Source: Ginglymostoma cirratum (taxonomy: Eukaryota). Taken from it: a stretch of DNA of 64,000 nucleotides. The translations under genes and the position numbers were made by a program. The notes under the pieces were generated by a model. The model searched no databases. It was given only the letters and a program-made list of their open reading frames with translations, and was not told where the DNA came from. This document shows positions 1 through 12,445 of this stretch, in pieces (the first letter of the stretch is position 1; each line of letters begins with the position of its first letter). The stretch is taken from assembly GCA_024137785.1 (NCBI GenBank), contig JAHRHZ010000054.1, positions 2,684,535 to 2,748,534 of the forward strand. The letters are read 5' to 3'.

Positions 1-630
1 TTATATAGACTAGAGAAGTCGTGATTGCTTTCATTAGAGTGGAGAACATTAAAAGGAAATTTAATAAAGGTGACCAAATTTATTAAGGCTTGGTAGGGTT
101 GCTCGTGAAAAATTGTTTCTGTTGCCGGGACAGTCAGAACTAAGGGGATATAAATTATTTTGCATAGGGAGTTATGGGATAGACTTTTTTTTATTCACTC
201 GGGCAATGTGAGCATTACTGACTAGGGCAACGTTTATTACCCATTAGTGTCAATGGTGGAAAGACTAAATATTTGTCAATGTGGTGCAATCAAGGTGGTT
301 GTTTGGTCATAGAACATAGAACATAGAAGAGTACAGCACAGCACAGGCCCTTCGGCCCACAATGTTGTGCCAACCTATTACCCTACTAAGATCAAACTAC
401 CCTGCATACCCTACATTATATCATCATCCATGTGTCCTAGATAATGTCAAATTATCTTGTACTGCATGAAAGAACAGAGGAAGCAGATTCAACAGTAACT
501 TTCAAAATGTAATTATTCATACACTTGAATGGGAAAGAAATTCTAGAATAGTAGAGAAAGAATAGGGGAGTGGGATGAAAGGCAATTAGCTCAGCCAATG
601 AGCTGTCAAATTGTCCCTTCCTTTGCTGTA
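1..630 (+). mobile_element. Decayed CR1 LINE 3' region, interrupted by an opposite-strand CR1 tail (~307-435)
   Basis: CR1-type 3' sequence (aattgtttctgttgccgggacagtcagaactaagggga...gaggaagcagattcaacagtaactttcaaa). The insert starts with (catagaa)n-gagtacagcacagcacaggcccttcggccc, the reverse complement of a CR1 tail. Confidence 0.55.
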
Positions 631-862
631 AGATCCTTTCATGCTAATATTGACTTGCAAGTTAAATTTCTAATTTCTTTCCCAGGCTGGGAATCCGGAG
701 TTCTGCAATGAATCCTCCTTTTTTCCCTCTGTTTAAGGCTGTTATTACATGCCTCTGGGCGCTTTACCCATGTTTCTAATTAAAGGAACAGTTAACAAGC
801 AGTACCCAACAGAATGGTGCAAGAATAATAAATATTGGGCAGTTTAGGGGAGGTTAAAATGA

Positions 863-1048
863 ATAAAAGCAAAATGGTGCAGATACTGGAAATCAGAAAC
901 AAACAGAGAGAATGAGAGAGAAACTCAGCAGGTCTCACAGTATTTGTGGAGAGAGAAACAAGTCCGCTATGACTGCTCTTCACTCAGACTCAAAATTTTA
1001 AGTTTGTTTCTCTACCAGACTTGTTATGTTTCTCCAGTATTCTCTGTG
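863..1048. mobile_element. Old fold-back Penelope-derived non-autonomous element
   Basis: Left arm tgcagatactggaaatc...gagaaactcagcaggtctcacagtatttgtggagagagaaaca and a degenerate inverted arm tgtttctctaccagacttg...tttctccagtattctctgt; same layout as 42786-42945. Confidence 0.5.
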
Positions 1049-1464
1049 TAATTAAAATGGAGTTGGAGGTGGACATAATGCACTCCATGCCCTGTGGTGC
1101 CCATATCGCTGTAAAGGCTTTGAGGGTGTTGGTGGAAAAGTGAATCTCCCTTTAATGCAGATAAAGGGAAAAACAAGCAGTCTATGGCACCATTGAACTC
1201 TTGCACACATTCTCGTTGGAGGAAAATTCTGTTATTCCTCACTAAAGTGGTCAAAAAAGCCTCTATTCTCTTCACCGTGTCCCAGCCAGTGTGTGCTGGG
1301 TTCTGGGATAGGAATGTCGGCTAAATCATCATCCTAAGAGATGTCCCCATCTAATCTTCTTTTCAAAGTTGAGAAGATTTTGGATGAAGGTGCGTTTTTT
1401 GTCATTCTGAGGCCAAGACCAGTCTCAAAGTTTGACTATTGATCTGTATGTGCTTAATTGGCAC

Positions 1465-1867
1465 TACATCCACAAGCATTCACACCCTCCACCACTGACG
1501 CTCAGTAGCAGCAGTGTGTACTATCTAAAAGATGCACTGCAGAAATTTACCAAAGATCCTCAGACAGCACCTTCCAAACACATGACCACTTCCATCTAGA
1601 AGGACAAGGGCAGCAGATATATGGGAGCACCATCTCCAAGTTCCCTTCCAAGCCACTCACCATCCTGACTTGGGAATATACCAGCGTTCCTTCACTGTGG
1701 TTGGGTCAAAATCATGGAATTCCCTCCCTAATGGCATTGTGTGACATCCCACAACAGGAGGAATGCAGCGGTTGAAGAAGGCAGCTCACCACCACCTTCT
1801 CAAGGGCAACTAGGGATGGACAAGAAATGTTGGCCAGCCAGCGATGCCCACATCCCACAAATGAATA
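1465..1867 (+). mobile_element. 3' end of a CR1-group (L2/Crack-like) LINE, ORF2 C-terminus plus tail
   Basis: Reads ...SIHTLHH*RSVAAVCTI*KMHC...RRTRAAD...SWNSLPN...LKKAAHHHLLKGN*, then gggatggacaagaaatgttggccagccagcgatgcccacatcccacaaatgaata. Confidence 0.75.
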
Positions 1868-3723
1868 GAACTGTCACAGTTGGAACATTATGTGAATGTT
1901 ACTAGGCACTTCATTATACAGATGACCATTCTAATCAGTAACCTAAGTAGGAAAGTGCATCCGAGTTGCATAGACATACTAAACAAAAATGGCAGGAAAA
2001 CCCCAATTAGTACCTCAAATCTGCCCACACTGTCATGATTAGGTACTTGCCAAACCTGCCTTTTACCTACCAACTGTCCGACTCCCCATTTCTATCTCCT
2101 CCATGTAATTTCCTCAGAGAAGGAAAAATATTAGAAAGAAAATCCAATGTTACAATGAAGAAAGAATTTCAGATTTTCATTTTCAATACCGTCAATTTGA
2201 GACTACATTGATTGGATGAACATTCCTTGTTCATCCACCTTTCTTCAATTTGATACATCTTGTGACCCAGTCAATAACTGATATTCTTGTTTTTGTTTTC
2301 TGAGCATGTGGAGAGATGGCAGACACTACAAATCTTGGAAGGTTTGCCATTCTCTGGGAAAGGAAGAACCAGCTAATGATTAGCCTACTCCTAGTTTCAG
2401 TGTTTGACTTCCGCCTTCCCAATTCATTAAACCGAAGTGATGATGAAATAGTGGTGCTGCGTTCAGAACATACGGCTCAATATTCCAGCATCGTTTAAGA
2501 CTATGACATTGAACCTGAATATCTAACTGTCGTGTTGATAAGTAATGTGTTTACAATATCTTGTTTTATGTCTGTGGACATTTGCCACAAATCAGTTAGC
2601 AGAGAGGGGCTCGGAATTATAAAACAAATAGTTGAGTAGGGGTGTAATAATTATTGAGACAAAGTTCAGTTAGAAGAGGTCACTGTCAACGGTTTATGAG
2701 TAAATCAGTGCATGCTGTTAATCTGGAAACCTACCTCCTGCTCCAGGCAATCTCATTTTCATTCCAAACCCCAACTTCAAACAACTTGGCGAAAGTAAAA
2801 GCAGGTGTTGATCCAACTAACATCCCATGGGAATTTAGCTCTTTACTTGTAAAATCAAACACATTCCTCACACCTGGCATTTTAGTATTTCAGCTTTAAA
2901 AATATTGGGCTGTATTTTCGGGATTTCCCATCTGGCATTCACAGGATGGCTGCCTTGAAAGGGAGGAGGAAGAGTGGGTGTTGAGGGGGTTGGTAATGAT
3001 TTCCCACCCTGTTCCCATTGCTGCTGAAAACCTGAGTTTGCCACTAGATTACCAGAATGCCCCCTGAATTAGATACTAAGAAGACTGAAAGGCTCAATCC
3101 TGTTCCAATGTTCAATCGAAATTAGAGTCTGGTGATATATAGGGGCTCCCAATTGTCATGTTTGGACTAAACTGAACAGTGTGCATGCCATTCCCATTCT
3201 GATCCATGTTAGGCCATTACCAATCTGGTCTGCTGCTTCACTCCCCCAGTGCTTCCCCTTCCCCTAGACGCCAGACCTTCCCCACAGACTTACAATCTGC
3301 AAGGCCTCCTGACTGGTTCTACATTATGGCCTGAGTCTTGTATCTGATCTTAACAAGGCCTGGTCCTCAAGATGAACTGTGCCTTCTTTCAGACTAGCTG
3401 GTTGACCAGAAAATTATGCGCACTCTGCTCAGGGGTAGATCCACCTCAATGTGTTTTCAGGACATTTATCAAATAAGAGATACTTAAGGATCCACTAGCT
3501 GATTCTTACTGAGCACAGTGTTAACAATTAGCTGCCCAGTTGGAAACACACTGAGCTCAGTCTTATTATTAAGATTTGATTGAGACATGTAAAATTCTAA
3601 AGGGGCTTGAATGGGCAAATACTGAGAGACTGTTTCTGCTGGTCAGGAAGTCTAAAACATGAACGCACGGTCTTAGCATAAAATGGCCAATAATTCGGGA
3701 CTAAAATCATGATAAGTTACCTA

Positions 3724-4255
3724 CTGTGAGCAGTTTTGGTCACTTTATTAAAGGAAAGGTTGGAGGCAGTTCAGAGGAGGTTCGCAAGGATGGTCCCTGG
3801 TATAGAGGGATTGTCTTATGAGTAAAGGCTAAACAGGTTGGAACTCTATCCATTGGAATTTAGAAGAATGAGAGGTGATCTCATTGAAGCATACTTTGGT
3901 TGAAGATATTTGTCAGAGTAAATGCTAAGAGGATCCCTTATGGGAGAGCCCAGGACCAGCAGGCATAATCTCAGAACAAAGAACTAACTCTTAAATGAGG
4001 AGAAATTTCTTCTTACAGAGGTTTGTGAGTCTTTGGAACTCCTTGCCTCAGAGAATTGTGGGGTCAGAGTCCTTGACTATATTTAAGGCAGAGAAAGATA
4101 GATTCTTGATGAGTAAGGGCAACAAGGATTACAGAGTAAATACATGACAGTGATAGTAAGGAATTTCAGATCAGCCACGAACCTAATGAATTGCAGAGGA
4201 GGCTTGAGGTGCCAAATGTTGGACCTCTGTTCCTATTTCTTATGGTCTTATGGTC
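3724..4255 (+). mobile_element. 5'-truncated CR1 LINE nested in the older CR1
   Basis: YCEQFWS...LEAVQRRFARMVPG...LEFRRMRGDLIEAY-type ORF2 end; tail cctatttcttatggtcttatggtc. Confidence 0.8.
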
Positions 4256-4354
4256 ACAGAAAGGTTTGAGAATTTATGGAATTTTCCACCCTATAGGATT
4301 GTGGATGTTCCATCAATGTGTATACTTAAGACTGAGATAGACAGATTTTAGTCT

Positions 4355-4639
4355 TCATAGAATCCCCACAGTGTGGAAACAGGTCATTTGGCCCAACAAG
4401 TCCACACCAACTCTGCAAAGAGCATCCCACCCAGACTCACCCCACCGCACCCTATCCCTGTAACCCTGCATTTCCCATGGCTACTCGACCTAAACTACAC
4501 ATCCCTGAATTCTATGGGCAATTTAGTATGACTAATCCACCTAACCATCACATCTTTAGACTGTGGGAGAAAATCAGAAGACCCGGAGAAAACTTCACAG
4601 AAACGGGGAGGATGTGCAAACTCCACACAGTCACCTGAG
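4355..4639 (-). mobile_element. HE1/V-SINE-like SINE, 5'-truncated
   Basis: CR1-type tail (catagaatccccacagtgtggaaacagg) and V-domain-like body (gggcaatttagtatgactaatccacctaacc...tgtgcaaactccacacag) shared with five other copies in the window. Confidence 0.85.
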
Positions 4640-5764
4640 CTCTCTCAGAGAATCAAGGGTTATGTGAAATGGGCACATATTTGAAGTTAAGCCCAACATC
4701 AGCCATGATCATATTGAGTCGTGAAGCAGGCTCAATGGGCTGAATGGTGTAATCCTACTCCAATTTCTGTGTTCTTGTGTAATAATGCAGCTGAGCAGAT
4801 GCACCATATGGAGAAGTGGTCTAAATAAATGCTTCCACAAACTAAATAGAGGTTAAATTTTGAGAGAGGTTGCTGTAGATTGGAAGCTGCTTGTAAATCT
4901 CTGACTTTGACTGTCGAGAAAGTGGGTTCAGAAAATCGGGAATGCAGCAGGAAATGACAGGCTGCTTCTATTCTGCTTTTAACTTCTGGTATCTGTCTGA
5001 GGCGTGTACAATGCAAAAAATGCATATTAAGTGTAAGAAATAGGTACACAGTGGCTGATTTCCAGTGAACTGATTCATGGTGAGTCAGTGAATCCTCTAA
5101 TGCCATTTGGCGTATTATGCTTGCAGACGACAGGAAAATAAACCTCATATTTAACATAAACGTGTCCAGAGCAAAGCCAGGATCTAGGGTTGGGGAGGGT
5201 GCTGGAGGCAAGCAGTGGATCAGCCTGACTCTGTGTAGAACCAGAACTAATAACATCGGAGAATAGGATGAACATTTTGAATTGATCCAGAAGCCAGGTG
5301 AAACATTTTATTGAATGCTGTGGGTAGTTGTCATATGTTCATGTCGACACCCTTGTAAGTGAACTTTAATAGTGATATTAAACATAAATATGTGCAAAGG
5401 ACATTGAGGGAGGATATCATCTGGAATCCTACAGACTCAGGGTCCCGTTCCATGTGGTTTGACATCAGTATGACGTAGCTCCTTATGTACAAGTTCAGTA
5501 GCCAGTTTCAGGGTAAAGATATTGTTAACCCTTTACACTGCAGTTTTAGCTCTATGATCGAACCCGTCAGCAAATACAGGCCCATGGCAGGCTCACTGTG
5601 GGCTCCAGCTCAGTCCAGGGTGGAGCCAGTGTCAGCAGAGGTGCCAATTTTCAAAGCAATATCTTTATAAATTATATATATATATTTTAAATTTACTGAA
5701 CTGTGTAATACTGAAAGCTATAATGGATGGGGACATCAGACAGCGCAAGTAAATCTTATCACCA

Positions 5765-6118
5765 GGGGAGGCTTTGGCCTAGTGGTATTATCGCTGGACT
5801 GTTCATCCAAAGACCCAGATAACATTCTGGGGACTCGGGCCAGAATCCCACAATGGCAGATGGTAGAATTTGAATTCAATAAAATATCTGGAATTAAGAA
5901 TCTAACGATGACCATGAATCCATTATCAATTGTTGGGAAAACCCATCTGGTTCACTAATGTTCTTTAGGGAAGGAAACTGTCATTTTGACTTGGTCTGGC
6001 CTACATGTGACTGCACACCCACACCAATGTGGTTGACTCTTAACTGCACTCTAGACAATTAAGGATGGGCAATAAATGCTGCCTGGCCAGTGACGCTCTC
6101 ATCCCGTTGATGAATAAA
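5765..6118 (+). mobile_element. tRNA-headed SINE-like element (family B) with the same 3' tail as the LINE at 1465-1867
   Basis: A-box-like tggcctagtgg; body aaaacccatctggttcactaatg...catgtgact; tail gggcaataaatgctgcctggccagtgacgctctcatccc...gaataaa. Confidence 0.8.
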
Positions 6119-6934
6119 CAGAAAAGATTGGATGTTCTGTTACAGTGCCATCTACTGGTGTTAAAGGGAAATGTAACTGGTAAGTGTAACAGGCAACTGT
6201 GGGTATTTTAATATCTTATTTATAAGAAGATATCTATTGCATTTTCCAAAATGACCACTGTTACTGACATCTCATGCTGTTGGCCATTGCTACCAGTATG
6301 TAGCATTGGGTGAGACTTGTTTGAGGTGGTTTTCTGCCATCCATCTCCTTTCTCTTCACTTTGCCTTAGGTTACCTTGTAATTCTTGGTGGAGGATACAC
6401 CACTTTGGAATATCTACAGGACAGACACAGTTCTTGGATAACAGAAAGGTGTATCGCATGTTAGTAATAAGCAAAACTACAACAGACCTGCTTGTGTTCA
6501 CCAGCTGACTGTGTGACATTAATAGAATGGGTGAAGTCAATGTAACATAAAGATTAACCCCTTCATTGCAACTGTCTGGTCCAACTATAGCCGCAGAATG
6601 CGTGCAAGCTTCAACATGTAAACAGGCCATATGTTGTGAAATATGCTCAATTATATTTTCAAATTTTGCTCATCTACCCCTAGTAACTCCTTCTGGGCTC
6701 AGTGACATACTTTATACCACCTCATTTTATTATTTTAAATGCGCTATACATTATGTTGGAATCAGTTGTTAGAGATCATTAGAATAGATTGGTAGTTAGA
6801 TAAATAGATCCATGACCTTAGGCTGTTTTTATTGATAATTTCATATGAAAGAAGACTTGCATATAAAAAAGTTGTTAAATATCATAAGTGATGATCAGTT
6901 AAAGGGTACTTGTGAGAGGTTTGTTCAGAATTAC

Positions 6935-7176
6935 AGGGCAACTTTGTCACGCAGAGTGTAGTGCATGTATGGAATGAGCTGCCACAGGAAGCGGTGGAGG
7001 CTGGTACAATTACAACATTTAAATGTCATCTGAATAGGAACACAAATAGCAAGGGTTTAGAGGGAATATGGGCCAAATGTTGGCAAATGGAATTAGATTA
7101 ATTTAGGATATCTGGTTGGCATGTACGAGTTAGATCGAGGGTTTTGTTCCGTGCTGTACATCTCTATGACTATATG
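6935..7176 (+). mobile_element. CR1 (HER1-like) LINE 3' end
   Basis: gtatggaatgagctgccacaggaagcggtggaggctggtacaattacaacatttaa (WNELP.E.VEA) and tail gtgctgtacatctctatgactatatg. Confidence 0.8.
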
Positions 7177-7344
7177 AGAGTGATAATAGTTGAGAATGAA
7201 GCTGGTAGAATCAGGGAAAAACACTTTTTATGGTTCTAAAGCACTTTCAGATGTTCTGAGATCTGAAGGAGGTGCCATAAAACACAATTTCCCTTTCTCT
7301 TCATTTTATTCATCTTAACAGCAGCTCTCACATTCAGTCTGCTC

Positions 7345-8345
7345 GGCGCTGTTTTAGTCTCACAGCAAGAACTTGTATGAGTGCATCACTTCCCAGGCTG
7401 CTTTAAAGTAGCAATTTTTTTCATTGAACCTGGCTAAGAGATGGTGGCTAAAAGCAAAATTCCTGCTTTGCTTTGAGGAGTATTTCAAGGGAAGAGAAAG
7501 TGCAGTTGGATGGATTGACTAGTGTGGAAACTTCAGAGCTCGGGATCCTGAAATGATAGCTGAAGATATGAACTGAATGGAGGGCACTAAGGAAATGAAC
7601 AATGCACAAGAGGTCGGAGTTGAAGGTACGCTAGCGTTCTGAATGGTTGCATGGCTGGCAGAGATTACAGATTTAGGGAGAGGGGAGACTACAATGGAAT
7701 TTGAACACAAGGTTGAGATTTTTAAGAGTAAGATGTGGTTAGACAAAAGCTAATGTATATTAGCGAGCATAAAGGTGATTTGCTGTAAGTCAGGACATGG
7801 TCAGAAAAGTTTTGCAAGAGGTTAACCTTACACAACAGGTTGCTTTGAAATAGTACTGGTGTCTAGAAGCAATGGTTTTCCATATCATCAATGGCTAGTT
7901 GTTGTGTCTAGACCTGAGTTACCAGGTTCTGGGTTCAAGGTCCACTCCAGGGCTTGCACACAAAAAATAACATTATTGTCATACTGAATTGTCAGAGGGA
8001 TTGTCTTTCAGATGGAATATTAAATCAAGGCTCCATCTGCCTCCTCAAGTGCTTGGAAGAGATCCTTTGTCACTATTTCAAAAGAGTAGGGGCTTATATC
8101 CTGTGGTCTAACCTACATCATTGCTGTTAATGTATTTTGAGATGTTAAGTTTTGTGAAAAGTACCATGTATAAGCAAGCTATTTTTTATGGATGAGAATA
8201 GCAGACATGCTGTGGTAGAGGAACAAACAGGCAGCATTACAAAGGTGGAAATCAGTGGACTTGGCAAAAGAGCAGATATAAGATCGGAAGCTCAGTCCAG
8301 GGTCAAATATGATACCAAGGTTTCAAACAAACTGGTTCAACCTGA
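7345..8345 (-). mobile_element. Ancient L2-like LINE fragments, interrupted by a Deu-SINE
   Basis: Purine-rich degenerate sequence typical of antisense L2 ORF2 (tttaaagtagcaatttt, gtccagggtcaaatatgataccaaggtt); very decayed. Confidence 0.45.
7890..8186 (+). mobile_element. Deu-domain SINE (SacSINE1/AmnSINE1-like)
   Basis: B-box gggttcaaggtccactccag; Deu core gtctttcagatggaatattaaatcaaggctccatctgcc...cactatttcaaaagagtagggg; tail tgtgaaaagtaccatgtataagcaag. Confidence 0.7.
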
Positions 8346-8654
8346 AGCAGCTGTGAATATTTTATTTGGAATTAGTACCTTGAAAATGGAGTTTGTAACA
8401 CTCAACCTCTTTTATTTTATTCCATGTATTTTTATTCATTTATTCTTATAGCCTCATATTCAATATCCTGTGCTCTCTCTATCACACAGTCACATAGTTA
8501 ATCATTTATTCCACTTATCTGTCTAAAACTGTCAATCATTTCATGACATGTTTTGATTTATTATTACTATAGCCCATTCTTAAATTAATTCTAAACATGT
8601 TATTTAATTCAAATTAGTTACTGCTGGGTTCAATTATCAAAGTGGTCTTAACAA

Positions 8655-8860
8655 TGGACTTAGAGGAGTATAGCATGATTAGAACAAATCAAACATAGTT
8701 TTACAAAAGGGAATTCCTGTTTGACAAATTCATTAGTCTGGGAATTTTCAAGTTGTCAGGCTATGATAGATAGAATGTGCAAGGATTGGTGCTAGTACCT
8801 CAGCTTTTTGCAATCTTTATTAATTACTTGAATATGAAAACAGAGGTAATACATTTAAGC
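8655..8860 (+). mobile_element. Short, internally deleted CR1 RT fragment
   Basis: tttacaaaagggaattcctgtttgacaaattcattag (F.KG.SCLTN motif) and gtgctagtacctcagcttttt (VLGPQLF-like). Confidence 0.55.
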
Positions 8861-9134
8861 AGGGAGAGATACTGTTGTAGTGATAACTTCACAGACTAGT
8901 AAGGCAGAGATACAGGCAAATGCTCTGTTATTCCAGCAATCAGCCTGCCTGATTGAAAACATGATTGTTATATACTCACAGTCTAAGTTCATTCTCTTTT
9001 ATTCATTGTTTCCAATGGTTCCAAATCACTCTATCCCATGATGCTACATTCATTCTACTCCACATGTCTCCTTCATTCTTAACCCATTCTAACTCATTTA
9101 CTTAATCTTATATTGTCAGTTTCAAGTGAATGAT

Positions 9135-9845
9135 ATTCTGCCTGAATCCAGCAATCTGTAATGCTCTGTTTCATTCCAACAATTAGCATCTCTGTCTGAT
9201 TCCAGCAAACAGGATCTCTCTATCTGCCTGATTCCAAAATCAGTCCATGACTCCTTGCTCCAGAAACCTTTATTTTCTTCTCAATTTCCAATTCCATATG
9301 AATCTATTGCTCTCTTTCTCATTCCAACTCTCCCTCAGTCTAATTTTGGCTCTCTGTCTGATTCCATAATCCTTTGCAATTTACAATATGCTGTCTTCTC
9401 GGATTCCAGCTCTCACTATTTAATCCAAAGCTTCCCATCAAATTATTTCACCTCTCTCCCTCTCAGTCTAATTCCAAATCTCTTGTGCAATCTAATTACA
9501 ACTCTCTCCCTCTCAATCTAATCGCAACTTTCTTCCTCTCAGTATAATGCCAGTGTCATTTTTTGCAGAATCACTGAATTGTTCTTGTGCAGTAGAGGAT
9601 AGTTGGCCCATTGAGTTTACATCAACTCTCTGAATTAAAAGTTCAGCTAGTGCCATTTCCTGACCACGCTAATACTTTCCCTATCCCTCTCGTTTTAATT
9701 TCAGCTGTTTCTCTCTCTCTTTCTCTCCCTCCTCACACCCCCATCATGTCTAATTCCAGCTCTCTTTCAAACTAATCCCATCTCCCTCTCTGTTTAATTC
9801 CTCTCAGTCTAATTCTAGCTCTTTCCTTTCTGTATAATCCAAGAT
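9135..9845. repeat. Degenerate pyrimidine-rich minisatellite with TCTAATTCCAGCTCTC-like units
   Basis: Recurrent (t/c)tgattccagc, tctaattccagctctc and ctcagtctaatt units; same motif family as 13840-14430. Confidence 0.6.
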
Positions 9846-11106
9846 CTCCATGTAATTTACAATAGGTCCCACCTGCCAACCAAAGAGATGGTATCCTTCT
9901 TCACTACTAACATGAAGATTTCAGTCTCCCATCTTTCCAATATCCACACCCCACCCAACCCCGTGACAAACCATTCCACGACAAGTCTCTATTGTTTGAA
10001 GGGCCATTCTCTTGGTGGGTGTATAGGGCGTTTGTGCTTGCATGTCATTTTATTGGAAGGTAAACACATTGGGGGAGTGGAGTGGCAGTTTCTTAGGATG
10101 GCTTCCTCTTGAGCTGTGATGCTCTCAAATAACTTGAATGCAGCAGCAATGAAGAGGAATCACGGAAAAAAGTGATTCAAAAGGGCATGCTCCAGAACTC
10201 AAACAATTACAGTCCTCTTGAGAATGAACTAGAATTCTCATTTTCCGGTCATTCTGTGATGCTCTATGGCCTAGGGATGAACTTAACAGATGAAAATAAA
10301 ACAAAGGTTCATCCGAGGATCATTTTGGGGGCAAACAAATGAAGACTTCTTCACCACTTCCAGGGTAGGAATTTCTCTTTCTGTAGGTAGTGACATCGTG
10401 TTGATACTTATTGAGGTGTGAGGGCTGCTGAGATGCAGGCATGGGAATTTCATAGGAAGGTAGAACTGAAAATCATGGAGAACAGAATAAATTTCCATAC
10501 GAGCATCATTAGAATTTTCTTCAGAATTCAGAGAGTTGATATAATACCAGCAGACTCACTTGAAAGGTACTGGCTGTGTTGTATTTGCTTTAAATTGGCC
10601 GTTGTGAAGGATTTAAATGTTTCCCTCAATGTGCTAAGCCCATGTTGATATTTCTTGTGTGTGATCGTAAAGATGTAGTATAGACATGCCTCAAGTGATG
10701 GAGATGGCTCAAGTGGGGCATGATCTAACAAGCCTAAAGTTTGAAAGGACAAGAATTAGGTTTGAAGCTCTAAGACGGCTTTCCTGCATGATCGAAGGTC
10801 TGTTTCTAACTCCGTCCTCTTAGATAGCTCAGATTACATGGTCACATTGGGGCCTGTAGAAATGTTTGTAACTTCAATTGCTATCATTAGTAAAATGTTC
10901 TTACTTCTCAGTCATGGTCATTCAGGAGAGAGTAATTTAGCAAGTGCGAGGGAAGGGGTAATAGCAAACTGCTGGAGCTCTGGGCTGACAAATCTCAAGG
11001 TCAGAATTCCTAAATTGCAGAAAGAGGACATTTGGTCCATCAAGTCTGCACTAACCCTCCTAACAGCATCCCATCCAGACCCACCCACCTACCCTATCGA
11101 TGTCAC

Positions 11107-12445
11107 AATCAATCATTAGAGAGATTATAGCCGCACATTTGGAAAAACTCAGGGTAATCAGGAAGAGCCAGCACGGTTTAATCAAAGGGAAATTATGTTT
11201 AACCAATTTATTGGATGTCTTTGAAGGAGTAACACATGCTGTGAATAAAGGGTAGCATGTGAAAGCACTATACTTGGATTTCCAGAAAGCAATTGATTAG
11301 GTATTATATAAAAGGCTGTTGTGGAAAATAAAAGCTATAGTGTAGAGGGTAACATAGTAGCACAAATGAAATATTGCTGGCTGTCTGGCAGAAAACAGAT
11401 ATGTCTAATGAGGATAGGAAAGTGCATTAATGCATCTTTGTCTGATTGGCAGGATGTGATGAGTGCTGTGTTTATACTGGGGCCTCAACTTTCTATAATT
11501 TACATGATTGACTTCGAAGAGGGGCGCAAAGGCCTGATAGCTAAATTCACAGATGACACCAAGACAGTGCGATGTGAAGAAATCATAAGGAAGGTGCAAC
11601 TGGATATTGATAGGTGAAGTGGAGTAGGAAAAAATCCAGCAGTTGGATTGTAATTTGGAAAATATGAAGTGGTTCACTTTGTCAGAAGAATGAAAAAGCA
11701 GAGTATTCCTTCATCAGAGAATGACTGCAGTATTCCAAGGTACAGTGGAATTTCGGTGTTCCAGCGCATGAGTCTCAAAGTTAGTGCGCAGGTATAGTAT
11801 TTAATCAAGAAGGCTAATGAGATGCTATCCATTATTATCAATGGAATTGAACATAAAGCGAGGACACTATGTTTCAGATACACAGGGGATTGGTGAGATT
11901 CACATCTTGAATACAATGCAGTTTTGGTCCCCTTTTTTAAGGAAGGATGAAAATGCTTTGGAGGTGGTTTAGTGGAGGTTTGCTGGATTGATATGAGGGT
12001 GTATCTAATGAGGATAATTTGGGCTTGTTTCCATTGGGGTTTAGAAGAGTGAGAGGAAACTTGATGAAGTGTATAATTCTTGAATCGTCTTGACAAGATG
12101 GATGTGGAAACTATGTTTCTGCTAGTGGGTCAGTCCACAACTTGGGAACACTACTTTGAAATTAAGGATCATCTTTTCAGGACAGGGATATGGAGATTTC
12201 TTTGATCTCTCAGATGATCTTATGGTCTTTGGAAGAAGGGCCTCAGAAGGCTACAGAAGTAGGGGCATTGAATATATGTAAAACTGAGGTGGATAGATTC
12301 TTGTTAGACAAGAGAATCGTGATTTCCAGGGGTTGATTGGAATTCGTACTACAAACACGTCATCTGTAATTTTACTGAATAGCAGAACAGGCTCAAGGGG
12401 CCAAATGGTCTACTTCATAACCTAAATTGTGTCTTCATATGGTCT
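11107..12445 (+). mobile_element. CR1 LINE reverse-transcriptase region and 3' end (pseudogenised)
   Basis: Motifs SQHGL.KGK.CLTNL, YLDFQKA, ILGPQL, KFTDDTK (ORF 11321..11617), with frameshifts and stops; CR1 3' UTR gaacaggctcaaggggccaaatggtctact. Confidence 0.9.

Larger units (their letters stand above)
3575..4780 (+). mobile_element. Older CR1 LINE 3' fragment (3575-3723, 4256-4354, 4641-4780) split by a second CR1 and an HE1 SINE
   Basis: The three pieces join into a continuous CR1 ORF2 end and 3' UTR finishing in cctactccaatttctgtgttcttgtgt. Confidence 0.7.

Noticed and set aside
4732-5256. 174-aa minus-strand ORF, the longest in the track
   Set aside because: No domain similarity, atypical composition, and its end overlaps a CR1 tail.
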